64,000 nt of DNA from positions 2,330 to 66,329 of the forward strand of contig JACPHT010000006.1 of the NCBI GenBank assembly GCA_016188475.1, written 5' to 3'. A program made the position numbers and the translations under genes. Below, one piece after another: positions 8,366 to 17,149 of this stretch. Below the pieces are notes generated by a model. That model had not been told where the DNA came from and did no database searches. It saw only the letters and a list, made by a program, of their open reading frames with translations. Origin of the DNA: Candidatus Uhrbacteria bacterium. GTDB lineage: Bacteria > Patescibacteriota > Patescibacteriia > UBA9934 > GWF2-40-263. Each line of letters starts with the position of its first letter. Position 1 is the first letter of the stretch.

Positions 8366-9502
8366 ATGGCTAGAACATCCTCAATCAAAAATCTAAAGAA
8401 AGCAAGGAAAGCAAAGAACGATGAGTTTTATACCCAATACGGCGACATTCAAAAAGAGATTGAAAAATATCTGGATTATAATCCTGATACTTTTCGCAAC
8501 AAGGTAGTGTATTGCAACTGCGATGATCCGTTTGAAAGCAATTTTTTCCGTTATTTTGTGCTGAATTTTAACAAACTTGGATTGAAACAGCTTATCACCA
8601 CCAGCTATAAACCTTCACCTGTAGCCAACACCCAGCTACAACTGTTTGGTAATGACAAGACTCTTCCGAAATCAAAAGGGCGTCCCAAGATAACCGCCAA
8701 CAAATTTATTATTAACGAAGTGCACGACATAGACGAAGACGGCGAATTCAACTTAAAAGATGTTTCCAAGCAATTAAAAGCAAACAAAAACAATGAATGG
8801 ACGCCACTAGAGGGCGACGGCGATTTTCGTAGCGATGAATGTATTAGTTTGCTTAAACAATCCGACATTGTCGTAACGAACCCCCCCTTTAGTTTGTTTC
8901 GTGAATATGTTAAGCAACTTTTTGATTATAATAAAAAGTTTTTGATTATCGGCAATATTAATTGTCTAACTTATCGAGAGATATTCCAAAAAATTAAAGA
9001 AAATAGAGCATGGCTTGGCAATGGAATGGGAAGGTGGATTTCTGGATTTATTGTGCCTGAATCTTACGAATTGTACGGATCAGAAGCACGAATAGACGAA
9101 AATGGAAACAGAATTGTCGCCACTAATAATTGTTTGTGGCTCACTAATCTTGACCACGGGCGCCGTCATCAACCATTGCCACTTATGACAATGGCGGAGA
9201 ATTTAAAGTATAGTAAACATAAAGAAATTAAAGGAAAAAAGTCGTATGATAAATACGATAATTACAAAGCAATAGAAGTACCTTTTACAGATGCAATACC
9301 AAGTGATTATAAGGGCGTAATGGGTGTGCCAATTACTTTTCTTGATAAATATAATCCTGACCAATTTGAAATTTTAGGAAATTCTAATGTTCGAGGAGAA
9401 CGAGAACATTTAATGAATAATGTAAAAAGTGCAACGGATTGCACTTATATAAACGGTAAGGCGCAATTTGCGCGTATTTTAATTAAACATAAGAAAAAAT
9501 AA
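8366..9502 (+). CDS. N6-adenine-specific DNA methyltransferase (amino-MTase)
   Basis: Motif IV IVVTNPPFSLF (NPPF). Degenerate motif I region NCDDPFESNFF. 378 aa. Confidence 0.7.
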   Translation: MARTSSIKNLKKARKAKNDEFYTQYGDIQKEIEKYLDYNPDTFRNKVVYCNCDDPFESNFFRYFVLNFNKLGLKQLITTSYKPSPVANTQLQLFGNDKTLPKSKGRPKITANKFIINEVHDIDEDGEFNLKDVSKQLKANKNNEWTPLEGDGDFRSDECISLLKQSDIVVTNPPFSLFREYVKQLFDYNKKFLIIGNINCLTYREIFQKIKENRAWLGNGMGRWISGFIVPESYELYGSEARIDENGNRIVATNNCLWLTNLDHGRRHQPLPLMTMAENLKYSKHKEIKGKKSYDKYDNYKAIEVPFTDAIPSDYKGVMGVPITFLDKYNPDQFEILGNSNVRGEREHLMNNVKSATDCTYINGKAQFARILIKHKKK

Positions 9503-9503
9503 T

Positions 9504-10106
9504 ATGAAAGGTGTTATTTATATAATAACAACGGCTGTTTCCGGTTTGATAAAGATCGGACAAACAGGCACAAATAATTATCAAGAAAGAATGCGAAATC
9601 TTGAGGCAAATGGTTATTATAATGTTTCTGGTCTAAAAAGATTTTTTGCAATTGAACTTGATGATTACAATGAGAAAGAAAATCTTTTAAAAGAAATTTT
9701 TAATAAACATCGTGTTGGGGATAGTGAATTATTTGCCCTTGATTATGATTTAGTGCGACAACTTTTGTTATCATTCGAAGGTAAAGTGATTTATCCCAAA
9801 GATGTAAATAAAGAAAAGGAATTTGACGAAGTTTCAAAAGCTAGAGAGCAAGGAACAAGGTTTAGTTTTTATAAAAAAGGAATTAAGAACGGAGAAGAAA
9901 TTGTTTTTATAGCTGACAAAGAAATCACCGCGAAAGTGGTTGGCGAGCGTGAAGTGGAATATGGCGAACAAATTTGGAAACTTGCGCCATTAACATACAA
10001 GATATACGAGCAAAAAGGAGGATTAAATGAGAGTGGCGCATACCAAGGAGCTGCTTATTGGCAATATAAAGGCAAAAGATTAAGAGATTTACCTGATATC
10101 AACTAA
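9504..10106 (+). CDS. T5orf172 / GIY-YIG-like domain protein
   Basis: GVIYIITTAVSGLIKIGQTGTNNYQERMRNLE...GDSELFALD matches the T5orf172 (Mug113-like) pattern. Starts 1 nt after the MTase stop. Confidence 0.55.
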   Translation: MKGVIYIITTAVSGLIKIGQTGTNNYQERMRNLEANGYYNVSGLKRFFAIELDDYNEKENLLKEIFNKHRVGDSELFALDYDLVRQLLLSFEGKVIYPKDVNKEKEFDEVSKAREQGTRFSFYKKGIKNGEEIVFIADKEITAKVVGEREVEYGEQIWKLAPLTYKIYEQKGGLNESGAYQGAAYWQYKGKRLRDLPDIN

Positions 10107-10115
10107 CAACATTAT

Positions 10116-11282
10116 ATGATTACAACTTTAAAAACTAACATTACTGTTAAAGACATTTGCGAAGGGTTTGTTTATAACGAACTTGAAGGCAAGGGCTTGT
10201 TTGGCTTGTCTGGTAAACTAACTATTCAGCCAGAATACCAACGCAATTATATTTATGCTTCTGACGGCGGCAAAAGAGAAATGGCTGTTATTGAATCAGT
10301 CCTCAAGGGATACCCGATAGGATTGATTTATTTTAATAAAATAATCAGCAATAATTTTGAAGTTCTTGACGGACAACAACGCATCACCAGTCTTGGACGA
10401 TTTATTACTGATAAATTTGCTATCAAAGATGAAAACGGAATGCAATATTTTGGTGGCTTAGCAAAAGACAAGAAAAATAAGATATTGGAAACTAAACTGC
10501 TTATTTATGAATGTGAGGGCACGGAAAGTCAGATCAAGGAGTGGTTCAAAACAATCAATATTGCCGGGGTTCCGCTCGTCCCTCAAGAATTGTTAAATGC
10601 GATTTATTCTGGTCCATTTGTTACATTGGGCAAAGAGGAATTCAGTAATAGCCAAAATGCCAATGTTCAAAAATGGAGCGTATACATAAGAGGAAGTGTA
10701 GATCGACAGGCATTTTTTGAAAGAGCATTAGACTGGGTAAGTAAAGGAAATATTGATGATTACATGAGCATTCATCGCAATGACAAAAATATCAATGAGT
10801 TAAAAAAATATTTCAACAGTGTGATCGATTGGATATCAAGTGTGTTTACGGATGTAGAAAGCGAGATGTGCGGACTTGAATGGGGGCGATTGTATGAGCA
10901 GTACCACAAGAAATCTTATGATCCCAAAAAAGTATTAGTCGAAGTACAAAAACTCTACGCCGATCCGTATGTAAAAAATCGCAAAGGCATTTTTGAGTTT
11001 ATTTTAGGTGGCTCTATTGATACAAAATTGCTTGAAGTCCGAGTTTTTGATGAAGCAATTAAAAAAGCAGTATACAAAGAACAAACAACTAAAGCCGAGA
11101 AGAAAAAAGTATCGAACTGCCCACTTTGTGCTATTGGACACGATGCAAACAAAGAAAAAATTTGGAGCTTGAGCGATATGGACGCTGACCATGTTTCGGC
11201 TTGGAGCAAGGGCGGTAAAAGTGATATAAAAAATTGCCAAATGTTGTGTAAAACCCACAATCGCGCAAAAGGTAATCGATAA
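10116..11282 (+). CDS. DUF262 (ParB-like, GmrS-type) domain fused to a C-terminal HNH nuclease; Type IV restriction-like
   Basis: N-terminal DGQQRITSL (the DGQQR motif of DUF262). C-terminal CPLCAIGH...DADHVSAWSKGGKSDIKNCQMLCKTHNRAKGN (HNH His-Me finger). Confidence 0.7.
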   Translation: MITTLKTNITVKDICEGFVYNELEGKGLFGLSGKLTIQPEYQRNYIYASDGGKREMAVIESVLKGYPIGLIYFNKIISNNFEVLDGQQRITSLGRFITDKFAIKDENGMQYFGGLAKDKKNKILETKLLIYECEGTESQIKEWFKTINIAGVPLVPQELLNAIYSGPFVTLGKEEFSNSQNANVQKWSVYIRGSVDRQAFFERALDWVSKGNIDDYMSIHRNDKNINELKKYFNSVIDWISSVFTDVESEMCGLEWGRLYEQYHKKSYDPKKVLVEVQKLYADPYVKNRKGIFEFILGGSIDTKLLEVRVFDEAIKKAVYKEQTTKAEKKKVSNCPLCAIGHDANKEKIWSLSDMDADHVSAWSKGGKSDIKNCQMLCKTHNRAKGNR

Positions 11283-11285
11283 ACT

Positions 11286-11945
11286 ATGAGTGATAAATTT
11301 TCAATTGAAGACTTAATAATGAAAGTAATGCCCGGAGGTTTTTTGTTGGCAATATTCTATTTTTTGTTCAGGGAAAAAATCCAATTTAACTTTATTGAAA
11401 ATTTAGATTTCTTTTACACTTTTTTATTTTTTTGTTCGGCTTATATAATCGGAGAATTATTACAAACCATTGCTCATGAAATTGAATGTATTATTAATAT
11501 TTTCTTCAAATTAAGACGGCCATCGGAAATATTTTTATACAAAAACAATCCAATAACAAAGAGCGAATACAAAAGGAATGAGTTGATGAAAGAGCTTAGA
11601 TTGGAAGAAACAGAATCAAAACTTTTTGATCAAGAATACTCCGATTTATCTTTTTGGTGGTGGAAAAGGAATAAAAAGAGTGACGAGGTATCACAAAGTA
11701 TATTTTGGAAGCTCTATTCTAATATAAACCAAACAGATGAAATAAAAATTGCAAATAGGAATTATTTATTTGTTCGCGTAATGATGTTAGAATTTTTATT
11801 GATAGGAATTATTTTTATTATTGATAAAAATTTTTATTTGAGCTTTTTAAGTTTTTTGTTTTGCATTATTTTTTTATGGAGGGGCAGAGGTACTGCAAGG
11901 GGCTTAGTATTTAAAACTATATTATTAAATTTAAAAAATAGTTGA
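11286..11945 (+). CDS. integral membrane protein (4 predicted TM), unknown function
   Basis: Two hydrophobic segments at each terminus. 3-nt gap from the upstream gene. Confidence 0.5.
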   Translation: MSDKFSIEDLIMKVMPGGFLLAIFYFLFREKIQFNFIENLDFFYTFLFFCSAYIIGELLQTIAHEIECIINIFFKLRRPSEIFLYKNNPITKSEYKRNELMKELRLEETESKLFDQEYSDLSFWWWKRNKKSDEVSQSIFWKLYSNINQTDEIKIANRNYLFVRVMMLEFLLIGIIFIIDKNFYLSFLSFLFCIIFLWRGRGTARGLVFKTILLNLKNS

Positions 11946-11946
11946 T

Positions 11947-12930
11947 ATGAAAAAACTTGTTATATTAAATGTGGGTGGCGCTTTAGCATCATACGCCGAA
12001 ATTGATGATAAAAAGGTAATAATTGATTTAGGAAAAAGTACTGATTTTTCACCAGTAGACAATTTTTTAATCCCATTGGCTCAGAAGCGATCTTTTAGAA
12101 AAACAGACATCGCTGGAAACACAGAAAAATATCACATAGACCAATTATTCCTAAGTCATTTGGACAATGACCACATTTCGGATTATGAAAAATTTAGGGA
12201 AAAATTTCATCCCAACTATATGACTTGTCCAAATGACAATGAAACACAGGATAGTATTTTTAAAATCATCATCAGTTTTTTCACTGGCGAAAATAATGCA
12301 AGAAAACTGGTTCTTTCTGATATGAAAACGAGGACGGCGAATGTTCCTGGTAATCCTTATGGGATGTCGCCTTCAAATCCGCTTGTCTCTATTATCCCAG
12401 AAATAATGAAGCTATTTTACATCAAACCGACCGAGTGCGGAAACGATGAAAATTTAAAACCCGGGTATGCAAATAATATAAGCCTTCTTCTATTTTTTCA
12501 TTCAAATAATAAAACACTTTTAATGCCTGGCGACATATTAAAAGAGGGTATGGAGTGTCTAATTAAACGCAATAACGATTTCAAAAAGCAACTTAACGAT
12601 TTTGGTGTTGACTTCTTAATTGCTCCTCATCACGGGCTTGCGACTTCATTTTCTGAACGATTATTTCAAGAAATTAAAGGAAATAAAACAAGACTAAATA
12701 TTATTTCCGAAAAAGTTAGAGAGGAAGATTCTGACGAAAACCGATCAGATGTTGATAAAAGATATTACGATTCTAATTATTCATCCGGAGAAAATTCTTT
12801 AAAACAAAACGCTGTGAAAACATCAATGGGACATATTGTAATAGATTTAGAATCTGACGAAACTGAGATTAAACAATGCTCTGATATTAATGATGTTTTA
12901 AAAGAATTTATTCCAGTTTCTAACTCGTAA
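11947..12930 (+). CDS. metallo-beta-lactamase-fold hydrolase, ComEC C-terminal-domain-like
   Basis: SHLDNDHI (HxHxDH variant), LMPGD, LIAPHHGL; compare ComEC ...HHGS. 1-nt gap from the upstream gene. Confidence 0.65.
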   Translation: MKKLVILNVGGALASYAEIDDKKVIIDLGKSTDFSPVDNFLIPLAQKRSFRKTDIAGNTEKYHIDQLFLSHLDNDHISDYEKFREKFHPNYMTCPNDNETQDSIFKIIISFFTGENNARKLVLSDMKTRTANVPGNPYGMSPSNPLVSIIPEIMKLFYIKPTECGNDENLKPGYANNISLLLFFHSNNKTLLMPGDILKEGMECLIKRNNDFKKQLNDFGVDFLIAPHHGLATSFSERLFQEIKGNKTRLNIISEKVREEDSDENRSDVDKRYYDSNYSSGENSLKQNAVKTSMGHIVIDLESDETEIKQCSDINDVLKEFIPVSNS

Positions 12931-12952
12931 GCGGCGCGCCAACTTTGTTGGC

Positions 12953-13143
12953 ACGAAATTCGGCGGCGGCGGAAAAGCGAGGGCGGGCAAAAATTCCTTC
13001 CCCCCAACCTTCTTCCTTTTTGCCCGCCCGAGCTTAAAAATTTTTCAAAATTCAGCGTTCGGATTTTCGCTAAAAAAAGTTCGGATTTCGTTCAGGGTTC
13101 GGAGCCAAAAAACAACCATCTTACTTACGATGGTTGTTTTTTT
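12953..13143. repeat. right arm (IR-R) of the ~190-bp inverted repeat
   Basis: Reverse complement of 7782-7971 (see IR-L). Confidence 0.85.
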
Positions 13144-13157
13144 ATACTTTCTTAAAC

Positions 13158-13187
13158 AAAAAAACCCGCGGGATGCGCGGGAGTGAG
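13158..13187 (-). terminator. rho-independent terminator on the - strand (cccgcg-catc-ccgcggg + T7)
   Basis: Lies downstream of the - strand gene that ends at 13201. Confidence 0.5.
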
Positions 13188-13200
13188 ATTGACTAAAGTG

Positions 13201-14067
13201 TTAACCATGCTGATGCAGAACCGCGTATGAAAGACCTGGCATGAGAGATCCGTCATCAATGTCGACAGCGAGCATACCGCCAGCGAAGAGCATTGGATAT
13301 GACGAATCCATATAGTGCCAAGTGAATGGCACAGTCGAGATGTGCGAAGGTACTGACCCGAGCGCGATGCCGTGGATGCCCCAGCGTCCTTCCTCAGCAC
13401 GTGTCCAGTCGAACGCGTCATCCGACTTTTCTATTAGAACACCTTTTGGTGACTTGTTGCGTCTGACAGATCTTTCATCCTCTGATTGGAGAATGAAGTT
13501 GACGAACGTGCTTATCCAACCATTGAAAGTATCAGAGCCAGACTCGGAGCTGAACTTGTAGAGTGACTTCCAAAAGTATTCATCGAGTATTTCGCCACCG
13601 GCTTGATCAACGATCTTTTGTAGAACCGGCAAAAGATGCTTGAAGTAGCGACCAAGCGGACGGGCAAAAACCTCGGAGAGTTGCATCGCTGCGTTCAGGA
13701 CCTTGCGGTAGTCCTCCGGTGTGCCTGCAAGGCGAATATCCGGTATTCCACATGACGTATAGGTACTATAGTCGTAGAACTTCTGCGTCGCGTTCATGAA
13801 CACGACGAGACTTGCCGCATCTGTCTCTGGCGTAGCAGTCGTGAATCCTGGCAACATGTGTTGCATGATACCTGGCGGAACGACATCCTCGAGCTTGGGT
13901 CGGAACAATACGATCGCTTCACCCCATGGACTCTTTGGGTCGCCGTAGCACAGGTTGTCGTGTTGCACGTCTATTTTCACTTTATCGCGCGAACGTGTGA
14001 ACAGGTGAGAGAACTCCTCGGGATTCAGGTTCACGGCTGTCGCGACCTCGTGCGAGATTAGGAACAT
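13201..14067 (-). CDS. hypothetical protein, GC-rich; possibly the C-terminal part of a gene interrupted by an in-frame TGA
   Basis: 288-aa ORF at about 52% GC in a roughly 38% GC genome. ORF 14110..14367 is in the same frame, separated only by a TGA at 14110-14112 plus 14 codons. Confidence 0.5.
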   Translation of the reverse strand: MFLISHEVATAVNLNPEEFSHLFTRSRDKVKIDVQHDNLCYGDPKSPWGEAIVLFRPKLEDVVPPGIMQHMLPGFTTATPETDAASLVVFMNATQKFYDYSTYTSCGIPDIRLAGTPEDYRKVLNAAMQLSEVFARPLGRYFKHLLPVLQKIVDQAGGEILDEYFWKSLYKFSSESGSDTFNGWISTFVNFILQSEDERSVRRNKSPKGVLIEKSDDAFDWTRAEEGRWGIHGIALGSVPSHISTVPFTWHYMDSSYPMLFAGGMLAVDIDDGSLMPGLSYAVLHQHG

Positions 14068-14519
14068 AAGAGCCTCTGGACGAAGTGTTAGAGGATGATG
14101 GCTAGTGAATCACTCGTGGATTGTCTGGAAAAACAGACTCGACGATGGAATGAACTCCGGGTTGTAGTCAACTGGCACAAACCCAAGTGTTTCGCGGACA
14201 ACATGCTCAATTTTGTGTCCGGGAAGAACACTCGCGAGAAAGTTGGCCGTTGGCGTTGAGGCACCTTTTGGTTGAACAGACTCGATGAAACCCGGCTGTG
14301 GACGACCATAGACATCCTTGTTTGGAATATTCAGACTGATTTGTCTGCACAATGGTGTTTTACTCAAGTTACTCTCCTTTGATTTTAAGCAAACTGCAAT
14401 GCGACGCTTTTACAGGCTATAAAAAAATATCAAAGTTGTCAACGGCCACATATAATGACTTTTTCTGTTTTCAGATTTGATAGTTTTCTTTTTCATCAGT
14501 CAAGTCTAAAATAGAACTT

Positions 14520-14780
14520 ATGCGCAACATCAAAATTTTGTTTCCAATTTTTTACATACTGATTTTTCCGTCCGTGGTTTTTGCTCTTAAACAGTTTCCT
14601 TCCATAAACGCATCAGTTGAATACTATTCGCAATCAAATGAAAACGCGGCGTCTGTTGTGGCTGTCGTAATTCCTCAAAGCCTTGAAGGGTCTGTTATCA
14701 ACGGTATTGAAATTCCACTCACAGGCAACAGACAAACAATTCCTAATCCAACAGGCGTTGCTGTTCTTGTGAACGATTGA
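14520..14780 (+). CDS. small secreted protein (signal-peptide-like N-terminus)
   Basis: N-terminal hydrophobic segment ILFPIFYILIFPSVVFA. Confidence 0.3.
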   Translation: MRNIKILFPIFYILIFPSVVFALKQFPSINASVEYYSQSNENAASVVAVVIPQSLEGSVINGIEIPLTGNRQTIPNPTGVAVLVND

Positions 14781-14849
14781 CAATGGAACGCATCTGATTG
14801 GACATGCACAATCGGAAGTGATTCTGTTCGCTGTCAAGGTAAAACAAGT

Positions 14850-15944
14850 TTGGAAGTTGGCAAGAAAACGTGTATTGCTCTATACATGTCAAAAGAAATT
14901 CAACCGTCAAGCGCTCTATCAATTTCTATGCTTGGAAAAGATGGTGAGAAACTTTTCAGCGTCGGTGCATTACTTACGACTGATCAAACGGAAACAACAC
15001 CTATTACTTCTTCAAAAACAACTTCAACTACCACACCTGCAAAAACTGATACAACGAAAACAACGCCCGCGACACCTCTTTCAACAATTCCTGTTTCAAC
15101 AAAATCATCAAATACGAATATGATATTTTTCGCCGGTCTAGCACTTGCGGTTGTTGGCGGAGGTCTTGTGTTTGCATCAAGATCAAATCTTTTTTCAATA
15201 AAACCTGCCGTTGGCGCGGTGACGTTCATTTTTGGTGGATTGTTTGTTGTATATGGCATAATGTTTCCGCGACTTCATCTTTTCACATGGTCCTGTCCTC
15301 TGGATTGTGTACCAAATGAATTAAGATGTCGCGTATCTTATGCTGTGACGACAAGCACTGATTCGATAAGCACAGAAGAAAAAAACGAACTTGAAGCTCA
15401 AAAAACAATTGATTCTCTTAAACTTCTTGAACTTCCATTTAAGGCATTGGATGATCTTGATATAGTAACAGCGGATTCTGTTGTTGACGCATACAAAGAA
15501 ATGGCTACTGCGTTGTTGGGTATTCCAGATACAACCGGAGAAGTTATAGGCAGTTCAATTCCAGGCGTTGGAAAAGTTGTTGATTTGGATGAAATTGAAA
15601 AATTTGCGCAAGCTCTGCACTCTACAAGAGTGTTCACAGATCGCGCGACAGGTGGAATGCAGTTGTTCGCTCATTTTGAACAAGATCAATGCGAGATGTC
15701 TAGTTGTTGGGTTGTGTCAAACCAAACATCATGGAAAAGAACTCGTTCATGGTTTGTGCCACTCACTCCAGAGCGAGTTCCGAGCAATCCATATCAGCAC
15801 CCGCTTTTCAGTCAACAGAAAGCAAATGGCGTATATCTTTGGACGCCTTCAGTGCTTCAAGCGCTCAATCGCGGAGATGCCGATGCTGTAATCAATGATA
15901 TCGCAAAGCAGACTTACGAAAACATGCCGGAGCAGTGCAAATAA
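14850..15944 (+). CDS. Thr-rich secreted/membrane protein
   Basis: Thr/Pro-rich low-complexity stretch (TTSTTTPAKTDTTKTTPATP) followed by a TM segment. Confidence 0.45.
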   Translation: MEVGKKTCIALYMSKEIQPSSALSISMLGKDGEKLFSVGALLTTDQTETTPITSSKTTSTTTPAKTDTTKTTPATPLSTIPVSTKSSNTNMIFFAGLALAVVGGGLVFASRSNLFSIKPAVGAVTFIFGGLFVVYGIMFPRLHLFTWSCPLDCVPNELRCRVSYAVTTSTDSISTEEKNELEAQKTIDSLKLLELPFKALDDLDIVTADSVVDAYKEMATALLGIPDTTGEVIGSSIPGVGKVVDLDEIEKFAQALHSTRVFTDRATGGMQLFAHFEQDQCEMSSCWVVSNQTSWKRTRSWFVPLTPERVPSNPYQHPLFSQQKANGVYLWTPSVLQALNRGDADAVINDIAKQTYENMPEQCK

Positions 15945-15966
15945 AAAAATTCTGAAAACCGGTTTT

Positions 15967-16842
15967 ATGAAAATAAAAAAAGCACCGTATATCTTTGTTA
16001 TAACCGCATTTCTTATTGTTGTTTTAATTGTATATAAATTTTTTTCAACAACTCAAAAATTTGATACATCCATAAGTGGTTGGTTTATTGGAAATCAAAT
16101 TTGGAGCGGGAACATTTACGTCACAGGAGATGTTGAAGTTTTAGGAAATCTCACAGTTCTTCCTGGAGCGACAGTTAAATTCGCGGTCGGAGATGATCGT
16201 CATAGCGGAGATGAAGTTTCGGCAGACGGTTTTAATGATCTTGATCCAACACGACTTAGATCATACACAACAACTCATTCAAGTCTTTTTATTCTCGGAA
16301 AATTAATTGCCAAAGGATCGCAAACTAAACCGATTATTTTTACATCAGCGGCGGAAAAACCGAATTTGGCAAACTGGGAAGCGATTATTTTTAATGGCGA
16401 TGGTAGTTTAGTTGATTCAGTTACGGTTGAATATACTCGCAATGGTCTTAATCCTATCGGCAAACAGCCAAACAGTGTTATTCAAAATACAATATCTCGT
16501 CATGCACTGTGGGGAACAATATCATCTGCAAATTCAAACATTAAAATAATCAACAATCATCTATCTGATGCAGGACACGAAGGAATTGATCTCAAATTTA
16601 ACGGCACACAAGAAGTTTCCGGAAATATTATTGATGATTGTCACACAGGAATTGCATCCATCGCCGGATCGCAGATTATTAAAAATAACACCATCACCAA
16701 TTGCGGTGACGGTGTTTATATAAGTCCGGAATCGAAAGCTGAATTAATCAACAACATTTTTATATCTGCTCCAGATGATAGCGCGCGCGAATGGAGATAT
16801 GGTGATTATAGAATTCCAATCTTTGGTTTTCCGGAAAAATAG
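15967..16842 (+). CDS. right-handed parallel beta-helix repeat protein with N-terminal TM anchor
   Basis: Repeated NNxxxxxxxGxxI/V stretches (IINNHLSDAGHEGIDL, IKNNTITNCGDGVYI) typical of pectate-lyase-like beta-helix proteins. Confidence 0.55.
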   Translation: MKIKKAPYIFVITAFLIVVLIVYKFFSTTQKFDTSISGWFIGNQIWSGNIYVTGDVEVLGNLTVLPGATVKFAVGDDRHSGDEVSADGFNDLDPTRLRSYTTTHSSLFILGKLIAKGSQTKPIIFTSAAEKPNLANWEAIIFNGDGSLVDSVTVEYTRNGLNPIGKQPNSVIQNTISRHALWGTISSANSNIKIINNHLSDAGHEGIDLKFNGTQEVSGNIIDDCHTGIASIAGSQIIKNNTITNCGDGVYISPESKAELINNIFISAPDDSAREWRYGDYRIPIFGFPEK

Positions 16843-16862
16843 CGGAAAAGCGTTCAATATTG

Positions 16863-17114
16863 TTATTTGACTGATTTGTAAAGCGCGGCAAAAAGCCAGA
16901 CAGACACGATATCAATGATGTTCCAGATAATAAGTCCTGAAATGAAATTTCCGACATTCATATCAATTGTTCCTACAGCGATTTTTGTGTGAAGAGCGTA
17001 TTGAAAGAAAAGTTCACGAATTGGCGGATAAAATGCAACGACCACGAAACAGACAACGTAAACGATCGTTGTCCAAACCGCTGTCACTTTGAGAAGATGA
17101 TTAAGGTTATTCAT
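16863..17114 (-). CDS. small membrane protein
   Basis: Two hydrophobic helices. Confidence 0.3.
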   Translation of the reverse strand: MNNLNHLLKVTAVWTTIVYVVCFVVVAFYPPIRELFFQYALHTKIAVGTIDMNVGNFISGLIIWNIIDIVSVWLFAALYKSVK

Positions 17115-17149
17115 ATAATTATAATTAATGAATTATTAGTTGAGTTAAT

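Noticed and set aside
14110-14112. TGA recoded as a sense codon (genetic code 25), as in some CPR lineages
   Set aside because: The long conserved genes (atpA, atpD, metG, rpoD, the histidine kinase) are uninterrupted under the standard code, and TGA terminates several well-supported genes (for example the ECF sigma and atpZ-like genes).
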